From a virus, in the IMG/VR virus record IMGVR_UViG_3300045988_177309, positions 1 to 32,169 of that record: a DNA stretch of 32,169 nt. One strand, given 5' to 3'. A program made the position numbers and the translations under genes. The notes below the pieces were generated by a model. That model had not been told where the DNA came from, did no database searches, and was given only the letters and a program-made list of their open reading frames with translations. Of the stretch, positions 9,308-16,000 are shown in pieces; position 1 is the stretch's first letter, and the number at the start of each line of letters is the position of its first letter.

Positions 9308-9649
9308 TCATTTTTTAGTATACCTTATTTTATCATAAGGGGCTGAGCTTGTCAACCCCTTTATTACAAAATGGTTAATCCACTTTTTCCCATTTATTTT
9401 TCTTATCGTTCCATTTGTATAAGGTATAGCCATAATCTTCATCGTTTTCATAGGCCGGATTAGATACAGTTTACATCCATCATTATTACTTATTGTAAAA
9501 CTTGGCGTATAATAATCATCTGGATCTAATGTCCCTTGTAATATCAAGCCTGAATCTATTGCTTTTTGAATGGTATTGGCAAAATCGCGCGCGATCTCAT
9601 AAGCTTTAGTATTGCGCCGCAGTTTCAGTTCATCTTGAACAAGGTTCAA
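9308..9649 (-). CDS. hypothetical protein (113 aa; TTG start as given by track, first internal ATG far downstream)
   Basis: ORF track. TGA stop. A 32-aa ORF (9651..9749) lies immediately upstream in another frame. Confidence 0.45.
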   Translation of the reverse strand: MNLVQDELKLRRNTKAYEIARDFANTIQKAIDSGLILQGTLDPDDYYTPSFTISNNDGCKLYLIRPMKTMKIMAIPYTNGTIRKINGKKWINHFVIKGLTSSAPYDKIRYTKK

Positions 9650-9747
9650 ATATTTATGGAGATCATGGGCGCGCCCGCTTCAACGTTTATTCGTTCTCGT
9701 ATTTCTACGCGCCCCAGCTCATCAATTCGCCTTACTTCAAACATTTT

Positions 9748-10008
9748 TTAACCCTCCAACATTGTTATGGTTTCATCGCCGCTGGTAATTTCTGCGCATT
9801 GATAATTACCATTATCTATATCACAGCTAAGAACGTAGCCATAATTTTTTCTAATGTAATCCTTGACGCGCTCATAATCTTCTTCGGTTGCAATTCCGCT
9901 CTTATCCCAATTTTCTTTACAGTTGTCCAGCATCAGCGGCGCAATAACTGCATAAGGAACTTCAACATCCACATTCTCAATCTTACAAATCTGCAAAGTA
10001 ACTTTCAT
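9748..10008 (-). CDS. hypothetical acidic protein (86 aa)
   Basis: ORF track. RBS AAAGGAGATTAAAAAAATG. TAA stop. Confidence 0.55.
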   Translation of the reverse strand: MKVTLQICKIENVDVEVPYAVIAPLMLDNCKENWDKSGIATEEDYERVKDYIRKNYGYVLSCDIDNGNYQCAEITSGDETITMLEG

Positions 10009-10069
10009 TTTTTTAATCTCCTTTTTCTCTTATCTTTTGGAGAACCCCCTTGTCCTCCTGACATTATGT

Positions 10070-10098
10070 AGTATACACCATTTCGTTTATAAAGTCAA
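10070..10098 (-). promoter_or_regulatory. sigma70-type promoter TTGACT-17-TATACT (minus strand)
   Basis: Plus-strand agtata 10070-75 and agtcaa 10093-98 with a 17-bp spacer. Drives the 9748..10008 operon. Confidence 0.55.
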
Positions 10099-10214
10099 TA
10101 CTTTTAGGAAAAAAATGTTTGTCTAAATTTTCACAATTTTTCGTTAAAAAATTACCAGAGATTCTATATTGACAAAATTCTCGCCGGTCTCATCTGAGAG
10201 CGGCGAGTTGAATG

Positions 10215-10310
10215 TCAAGAGGTAATTTTTGTAACAATTTTGTAACAATTATAAAACTTTGCGATAAATTCTCATGATTTTTTTAATAAAATAAGAATTA
10301 TTATCAAGGT
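10215..10310. promoter_or_regulatory. operator-like direct repeats of TTGTAACAATT (tandem pair at 10222-10250, third copy at 10293-10305)
   Basis: Read from the sequence. Lies between the 10070 promoter and the terminator at 10363. Confidence 0.45.
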
Positions 10311-10362
10311 TTTCAACTCAAATTATTACAAATTCGTAACAATTTATGTAATAAATTAAAAA

Positions 10363-10395
10363 ATAAAAGCCCCTTGCGGGCTTTTGTTTTTATTT
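10363..10395. terminator. bidirectional intrinsic terminator (aaaagcccc-ttgc-ggggctttt)
   Basis: Hairpin with an A-run 5' and a T-run 3'. Lies directly after the minus gene ending at 10390. Confidence 0.65.
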
Positions 10396-10773
10396 TCGCG
10401 GACAACTCAAAGTTATTTTATATTTTACATTATCCAACAGGAAAGAAAATTCTCTTTCCACGTTTGTAATTTCCAGCTTTTCCGCGCCTTTATTCTCAAG
10501 CATTTGCGCCAATGCCGCAATTATTTCTTGCTTTGCCGCATTAGCTCTTCTTTCTCTCTGTTGGAATTTATAGCTTGTTTTTGTGCGCGTAATTGTCATT
10601 TCCTTGGCAATTTTTTTTTGTTCTGCGCTCAATTCGCCCAGCTTTTCCCCTGCGTCTATACGCCTATCATAGTCTAACACCTCTTTTGCCTCTGCCTCTG
10701 AAATTTGCAACGTTTTCATTATCTGCTGGATTTGTGGGGAGCTTGCGTTCCCCACGTTTTTGCGTTGATTCAT
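10390..10773 (-). CDS. hypothetical basic protein (127 aa); paralog of 7853..8245
   Basis: ORF track. Conserved motifs as listed for 7853..8245. Confidence 0.6.
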   Translation of the reverse strand: MNQRKNVGNASSPQIQQIMKTLQISEAEAKEVLDYDRRIDAGEKLGELSAEQKKIAKEMTITRTKTSYKFQQRERRANAAKQEIIAALAQMLENKGAEKLEITNVEREFSFLLDNVKYKITLSCPRK

Positions 10774-10775
10774 GC

Positions 10776-11141
10776 TTACTGCTCAATCGGCTTGTGCTCA
10801 ACTCCTGCGGCGAAAAAGTACGCCTTGCGCTTGACTTCTTCGCGCTCAATCGTTCCGGCGTCCTTGGCCTTCTTGATAAGCTGATTCAATCGGGAATGGC
10901 TCAAATCTGCTATGTCCAGCATCTTGAGAATTTCTGTTACTGTGCGGCCTTCGCCATCACTCAAAATCTCAATGACACGGGCGATTATTTTGTCACCTTC
11001 TTCCTGCTTTGCCGTGGGCTTGCGCGTTGCGTTCTTGCGGTTCAGCAGGTCAAGCTCATGTTCCAGCCCGGCTACAAAGTCGGGGCGCGCCTGAATGGTA
11101 GGCAGATTCAGCAGAGCGGTGAACAGTTCCTTTTTGGTCAT
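10776..11141 (-). CDS. winged-helix-like DNA-binding protein (121 aa); paralog of 8288..8662
   Basis: ORF track. The 29 nt spanning its start/5'UTR (11137-11167) are identical to 8659-8687. Confidence 0.6.
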   Translation of the reverse strand: MTKKELFTALLNLPTIQARPDFVAGLEHELDLLNRKNATRKPTAKQEEGDKIIARVIEILSDGEGRTVTEILKMLDIADLSHSRLNQLIKKAKDAGTIEREEVKRKAYFFAAGVEHKPIEQ

Positions 11142-11264
11142 AGTATCAACTCACTTTCTGGTTTTTTTGACTGTCCTTGTCATTTTTTATCTGAAGGGCA
11201 TTTCCTGCCCTTCAGCTTACGACTTATTATAACATGGGGGGCGTGGTTTTGTCAATAGGTTTTT

Positions 11265-11966
11265 TTAACTATTGAACAACTTTTTTTGCATTTTTTTGTG
11301 CTGACGCATACAATGAACAAAAATGCGCGTTTCTATCTCGACATCTTCAAGCCCTGTATGACTTTCAACAAAGTCATTATTGCCGCTAATATATTTGTAC
11401 AGCACTTCTGCCGAACATTGCGGCTGATTGTTTTTAGTCAAGTAGCCATTTTCTTGACAAAAACGCTTATAAGTTTTTTGCTTTGCAATGGTACTGCGTG
11501 CCATGCGAACGGTATCATGCCATTCTATACCCTTGGGCAGAAAATAGCGGTATTTGCTTTTTGTTATATATCTTTGCGTAGCATTAAGCGCGTCATAATC
11601 AAATTTTGCATTGTGCGCCATTACTACGGTTATACCATACTCTGCAATAACATCGACAATAGCCTTGCGAATTTCGTAAAGGCTTGCGATCATGCGTTTA
11701 CCTTCAAGAATTTGCGCATCATACATGCCCATTTTATCGGCGTAATAGGCACTCTGCATAAGATTGCGCTCCGCGTAGTAAATGTCGCGGTTGATAAAGC
11801 TAAAACGTTCATACACGTTGCCGGATTTGTCTACAACTTGCGCGCCCAAGTCATAAAAAAGCGCGTTTTTGCTTACCAGTTTATTATTCTCATCTCGATA
11901 GGTGTTAGCCGTTTCAGTATCTAATACAAGATAATAGCGGCGGCGTTGGTCGATTTTCTTTTCCAT
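11265..11966 (-). CDS. DEDDh-family 3'-5' exonuclease (DnaQ/epsilon-like)
   Basis: Exo I YLVLDTETAN, Exo II VVMAHNAKFDYDALN, Exo III ESHTGLEDVEIETRIF. Probable start is ATG 11966 (MEKKIDQ...) with GGAAGGA RBS. Track ORF extends to 12005. Confidence 0.8.
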   Translation of the reverse strand: MEKKIDQRRRYYLVLDTETANTYRDENNKLVSKNALFYDLGAQVVDKSGNVYERFSFINRDIYYAERNLMQSAYYADKMGMYDAQILEGKRMIASLYEIRKAIVDVIAEYGITVVMAHNAKFDYDALNATQRYITKSKYRYFLPKGIEWHDTVRMARSTIAKQKTYKRFCQENGYLTKNNQPQCSAEVLYKYISGNNDFVESHTGLEDVEIETRIFVHCMRQHKKMQKKLFNS

Positions 11967-12074
11967 CTCTTTTTTCCTTCCTGCGGGAACATTGCGCCCC
12001 CGCAAGTATTATGTTATCACAAGTTGCTTTATTTGTCAACAACTTTTTGCAAAATGGGAAAGAATTTCCATTAT

Positions 12075-12398
12075 GCGGGATTCATCAAATGCCATGCATC
12101 GCGGTTGCGTTTTTCATCATCAAAAAGTATAGCATACTTGTCATTGGCATGATTGTGCTTTGGTGTACCATAGGGAATAATTGTCATTTCATCCCATTTC
12201 ACGGAGGGTAAATGCTTTTTTTATGGCGGTATAGCCATTTGTTCCGCTTTTGGATAACCAGCTAATTATTCCAACTTTATATCCCTTGCGTTGCAGTTGG
12301 TGAATGCGCCGCGCCAATAGAGAAAAGTTTATAAGCGGTTTGGCTATGCGGTATGGTGTAGTATCAGAATTTTCGAGGTATTCAAGCCAATTTTGCAC
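12075..12398 (-). pseudogene. possible frameshifted HAD/NT5C-like remnant (69-aa ORF 12189..12398 plus 38-aa ORF 12075..12186 in another frame)
   Basis: ...GYKVGIISW... then, in a shifted frame, ...YGTPK...DKYAILFDDEKRN.D.WH. These resemble C-terminal HAD motifs. No N-terminal DxD motif is present. Confidence 0.25.
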
Positions 12399-12414
12399 AC
12401 CATAAAAATTTGTC

Positions 12415-12450
12415 AGTGTTCACAATTTTGTCACAATTCAAAAAATGTAT
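12415..12450. promoter_or_regulatory. operator-like repeats GTTCACAATTTTGTCACAATT immediately upstream of minus gene start 12398
   Basis: Variant of the GTNACAATT repeat seen at 10222-10305. Confidence 0.4.
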
Positions 12451-12593
12451 TATTTGTGACGCGATAATACACTATGTATAATTATACAATTGTTAAAAAT
12501 ACTACGATAATTTTTTAACAATAGGGGGTTTCGGGATTGATAATTTTTTATTACAAATGATAAAAAATTATCAGAAATTCCGCCAAAAAATGC

Positions 12594-12634
12594 TTGACAC
12601 AAAGCTCGGCCTGTGCCAACCGCGCACAGGCCGC
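12594..12634 (+). repeat. copy 1 of repeated element: TTGACA-CAAAGCTC-[hairpin ggcctgtgc-caaccgc-gcacaggcc]-GCC
   Basis: Paralogous to 14399-14438. Same flank and loop, different stem with compensatory changes. Preceded by the shared block ggattgataat. Confidence 0.6.
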
Positions 12635-12722
12635 CAACAAAGTCAAGGCCATATATAAAAAATAATAGGCTGTAAATTACTTACAGCTTTTTAATTCAAT
12701 TTTTGTTTTTATTTTTCAAGCT

Positions 12723-12865
12723 TTAGTTTTCTTCATCATTTTTTTTATGTTTCTTTTTTCTGCGATACTTTTTTTTATCCAATTCAATTCTTGTATAAGG
12801 TTTAACGTCTCCCCAATTTTTTCTTATTTTTCGCAGGGTTTCAAGTTGCTGTTCTTTTGATGCCA
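12723..12865 (-). CDS. small highly basic protein (47 aa, K/R-rich C-terminus)
   Basis: Internal ATG 12865 with RBS AAAGTGAGGTG (MASKEQQLETLRK...KKYRRKKKHKKNDEEN). Track ORF 12723..12941 includes the 5'UTR. Confidence 0.4.
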
Positions 12866-13000
12866 TATAGTAACACCTCACTTTTAACTGAAAAGGCGGG
12901 GGGATGTTCCCCCGCTTGTTATGTCTTAGCCCTAACCTCATACCTGTTTTTCATTTTCTTCAATCTCCTTTGATTTTTTGTTCCTCTCTTGGAACAATTA

Positions 13001-13029
13001 TAGTATACTATACTTAGGCTAAAATGTCA
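13001..13029 (-). promoter_or_regulatory. consensus promoter TTGACA-17-TATACT (minus strand) with leader ATAATTGTTCCAAGAG
   Basis: Plus-strand agtata 13001-06 and tgtcaa 13024-29. Confidence 0.65.
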
Positions 13030-13038
13030 ATACCTTTT

Positions 13039-13509
13039 TCAAAGGTTTTTTGTTTCTGAAACAAAATACTTTGCGCCAACTGCATCAAGTATTGTTTTGG
13101 CTTTCGCGCTCTGCTCTTGAGTTGCGCAAAAACAATTGATAATAAAATATTTATTTATGTCTATCCAATTAAAAGGGATATCTGCCAATTCCAATTGATC
13201 GCGCAAAGCATATAATATTTTTTCATCATGTTTTATGGTGCTTTCAATCTTCCAGAGCATTTCTTTGCGCGCTTTTTCTTCCAATAGCTTAACAAGATAA
13301 ACCCCTATAAAATTTGCCGCCGCGGTGACAGCCATTTTTCCCTCAATGCTAAGCGCGGCATCGCTTGTTAAAAGAATAACATAAGTATAAAAGCCATATG
13401 TTAAAGCATTTATTAAGGCCGCCGCAAGCTTAGAACCTTTAATTGTAATAAGGCTTTTTACTGTTGAAAGAATTACATTGATTATTGTACAAATAGAAAA
13501 CAATATCAT
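13039..13509 (-). CDS. membrane protein (156 aa, 3-4 predicted TM helices in N-terminal half)
   Basis: ORF track. Hydrophobic segments. TGA stop. Confidence 0.55.
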   Translation of the reverse strand: MILFSICTIINVILSTVKSLITIKGSKLAAALINALTYGFYTYVILLTSDAALSIEGKMAVTAAANFIGVYLVKLLEEKARKEMLWKIESTIKHDEKILYALRDQLELADIPFNWIDINKYFIINCFCATQEQSAKAKTILDAVGAKYFVSETKNL

Positions 13510-13599
13510 TAAAAATCACCTACTTTTTTAAGTATTCCTCCAAAAAAGAGAGGGTTAAGAGATTGTCTTTGTTATTCGCCTAGAGTCTCAGCGGTTTTT

Positions 13600-13749
13600 T
13601 TATCCCCCACAAACTGCCGCCAGTAGAATATATAAGAGGTATAAACAACTTGCGCCGCATATGGCTTGTGTTGCGCGTATTGCGAACCATGCGACTGAAC
13701 GCGGGCGAACCTTGAATTTTTTGGTTACAATGTAATCATCATCAAACAT
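13600..13749 (-). CDS. small hydrophobic protein (49 aa)
   Basis: RBS AAGGGAGGAAGAAACAATG. ORF MFDDDYIVTKKFKVRPRSVAWFAIRATQAICGASCLYLLYILLAAVCGG. Confidence 0.4.
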   Translation of the reverse strand: MFDDDYIVTKKFKVRPRSVAWFAIRATQAICGASCLYLLYILLAAVCGG

Positions 13750-13935
13750 TGTTTCTTCCTCCCTTTTGTTTATACCTTATTATACTATTTATTTTATTAT
13801 TTGTCAATAGATATTTTTACAAAAAGATTGTCGAGTTTTTAACAAAGTTTGTCGCTTTAACACGTTAAAGCATTATCACTTTAATGCGCTAAAGTGACGC
13901 TCTAAAAAATAAAAAAAACTTTTTCAAAAAAAGTG

Positions 13936-13964
13936 TTGACAGATTTTAAGTGTTGTGCTATACT
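13936..13964 (+). promoter_or_regulatory. perfect consensus promoter TTGACA-17-TATACT
   Basis: TTGACA 13936-41, TATACT 13959-64. Confidence 0.75.
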
Positions 13965-13970
13965 ATAATT

Positions 13971-14123
13971 GTTCCAAGGGGAGCGCGGTTAGCAGACACC
14001 GTGCAGGGGTTCAGGTAGTAAGTCCCCAAAAGGGCAGTAAAGCCAAGCGAATCGCGTCACAAGGAATCAGTAAGTCGCTCCCAAAGAACAAAAAAGTTGC
14101 TAAATTTTAGCAACTTTTTTTTT
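13971..14123 (+). ncRNA. short structured RNA (about 120-150 nt) between a consensus promoter and an intrinsic terminator; weak resemblance to the domain IV / helix 8 region of small SRP (4.5S) RNA
   Basis: No ORF. Terminal helix GGGAGCG...CGCUCCC. Internal CAGGGGUUCAGGUAGUAAGUCC...GGGCAGUAAAGCCAAG. Terminator gttgctaa-atttt-agcaac + T9 at 14096-14123. Confidence 0.55.
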
Positions 14124-14134
14124 ACACAAAGGTA

Positions 14135-14163
14135 TTGACAAGCTTGCGCAAGTGTGGTATACT
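14135..14163 (+). promoter_or_regulatory. perfect consensus promoter TTGACA-17-TATACT
   Basis: TTGACA 14135-40, TATACT 14158-63. Confidence 0.75.
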
Positions 14164-14272
14164 TGAATGGGATGCTGCTGTCAACAAGACTGACTATTTA
14201 TTAACAATCTCAGTTTCCGCGGCGGAAACCTGTTTCCCAACAGGAAATAGAAAAGATAAGTTAATTTTTTAA
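14164..14272 (+). ncRNA. second short structured RNA (about 105 nt)
   Basis: Two hairpins (gtttccgc-g-gcggaaac; cctgtt-tccca-acagg) followed by a T6 run at 14265-70. No ORF longer than 8 codons. Confidence 0.45.
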
Positions 14273-14398
14273 CAAAGTAAAACTTTTTCGTAACATTTTG
14301 GACTTGTTAAAAAATTAACAATATTTGCCCAATTTTAGGATTGATAATATTTTAACAAAGTTGTCCAAAGTTTGTTAAAAATTTACCACAATAAACTC

Positions 14399-14438
14399 TT
14401 GACATAAGCTCGGTGCGTGTCAACCGCACACGCACCGC
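14399..14438 (+). repeat. copy 2 of repeated element: TTGACA-TAAGCTC-[hairpin ggtgcgtgt-caaccgc-acacgcacc]-GC
   Basis: See 12594-12634. Preceded by the shared block taggattgataat. Confidence 0.6.
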
Positions 14439-15039
14439 TGAATAATATAACTGTATCAACCTCTTTATATAATAATAGCACAGCTTAATAAGTCTCTAAG
14501 CTGTGCTACAGTAACAGTGCAGTATCTACCAAGGAGAGTGTTGCCGTGGCGGCATTGAGCATGTACACAACGTTATATTATTAATGCTCAGTATGTCGAG
14601 CTAAAAGGCTGTTCGCGCAACCTTATTCGCTTGAAGAAAGGAAGTGGAAAATGAATAATCATTAAAAAAATAATTTTCATTTTTTATTTTGTCTGTTGGA
14701 GTAAAACCAAGAGAGAAAGATATTGGAAGAAAAAGCTCTCTTAATTTATATTAGACAGAGCAGACTATATTAAGCAGTATGTTGCTGCATTACTTAATGT
14801 TAGAACCGCAGAAGAGAGAGTAGCTTTGTTATTGCGGCAAGCACAATACTTATAATACGCTCTACTTGTTTTAACAAAAGTCTTCCCCTTATGCTCCTTC
14901 TACATCAACGTTTATATTAGTTATTATGATTGAATGTTAATTAAATAAAGTTAAGTTATTTAATTGTATGCAAGTCTATAGACAAGCTTTGTATGTATTG
15001 TGACACTTGCTACGTCGTGTCACACCAGAAAGGAGGTTA

Positions 15040-15340
15040 AGAAAAAAAAACAAAATAATTTTTCTTTTTACATTATAACGAAGCAATAAAAAACGTTATA
15101 AAATTAATATTAATATTTAATTTATATTTATTATATTTAATTTAATACATTAAAAAGAAATAAATTACTAAAAGAAAATCAAATATTAATTTAAGAAAAG
15201 AATTTAGTTTATACAAAAAAAGAATACATTAAATAATATTTCCTTAATAGATTAATTATATTATACAGTATTTTTTTAATTTTGTCAAATTTTTTATATT
15301 TCTTTTATTCTTATTTGCTGTTGGTGAGTTTGCTGGCAAG
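15040..15340. other. roughly 300-bp extremely AT-rich tract (candidate DNA-unwinding/origin or packaging element)
   Basis: More than 85% A+T by eye, no ORF, sits between structured GC-richer segments. Confidence 0.4.
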
Positions 15341-15651
15341 TGCCGCAAGCACAAGAGTTTCAGGATGTGATTTGAGTTAAATAAGCCGCGGCGGAAGAAA
15401 AGATTTTTCTCTGTTGGCCTATTTTGATTGAAATCAAGGCCGTTAACGATGACTAGGATTATTCTAAGTGGGGGCTGGGGTTGGAGGGTCGCGCGTTCCT
15501 CAGATAAAAAGTCCGTAAGGTTCATGAATGTTTATCTGGTAAAAACTAAAAGAACAAAAGGGGGGTAGTATTTCGGGAAAAAATTTTTTTTGATTTAATA
15601 AAAACGTTTTGCCTGGACAATCTTCTGTCCCCAAGTATTTTTATTTTCAAA

Positions 15652-15798
15652 TTACGATGATTCTTTTTTCTTCTTGGGTCGACCTCTCTTTGGTTTTTCT
15701 CCCCACATAAATTCATATACTCCACTGGTTGCCGCCATAGTGGCCTTTCTCTTCATGTTTGCAGCATAGCTGCCCAAAATTCCACGAGGTTTTCTCAT
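15652..15798 (-). CDS. small basic protein with AT-hook-like motif (KRGRPKKKK), 48 aa
   Basis: ORF MRKPRGILGSYAANMKRKATMAATSGVYEFMWGEKPKRGRPKKKKESS. Upstream hairpin ttgttgaaaag-taaaa-cttttcaacaa. No obvious SD. Confidence 0.3.
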   Translation of the reverse strand: MRKPRGILGSYAANMKRKATMAATSGVYEFMWGEKPKRGRPKKKKESS

Positions 15799-15905
15799 AA
15801 AAAATATTGTTGAAAAGTTTTACTTTTCAACAAATCTCCTTTCTTATTTTTTATATATAAATTATATACTATTTTTAAAATTTTATCAATTTTTACAATT
15901 TTTAC

Positions 15906-15934
15906 TTGACATTGCGCTTTTTTCATGCTATAAT
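15906..15934 (+). promoter_or_regulatory. perfect consensus promoter TTGACA-17-TATAAT heading the recoded structural operon
   Basis: TTGACA 15906-11, TATAAT 15929-34. Leader has two hairpins, then RBS AAAGGAGG. Confidence 0.75.
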
Positions 15935-16000
15935 AAAGTAAGACTTAGAGTAAAGTCTAAAATTTCGGAGCGAGGCTCCGAAAGGAGGTTCTAAAAAACT

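Noticed and set aside
9651-9749. 32-aa minus-strand ORF between 9748..10008 and 9308..9649 as a programmed frameshift partner
   Set aside because: No slippery site recognisable. The downstream gene has its own TTG in a different frame. Insufficient evidence.
215-12211. Plus-strand track ORFs overlapping minus-strand genes (215..550, 1509..1772, 2712..2897, 2863..3177, 3434..3664, 3567..3761, 7720..7923, 8231..8551, 8538..8801, 8836..9033, 9566..9751, 9799..10071, 10384..10677, 10593..11258, 10912..11094, 11286..11924, 11946..12152, 12011..12211)
   Set aside because: They are antisense shadows of tightly packed minus-strand genes. They have no RBS and odd composition. The minus genes have RBSs, sensible stops and recognisable motifs.
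13971-14123. sRNA 1 as the amber-suppressor tRNA
   Set aside because: A 7-bp terminal helix exists, but no D-arm, anticodon arm or T-arm can be drawn. No CUA occupies a 7-nt loop and there is no TTCRANT T-loop. Length is about 120 nt.
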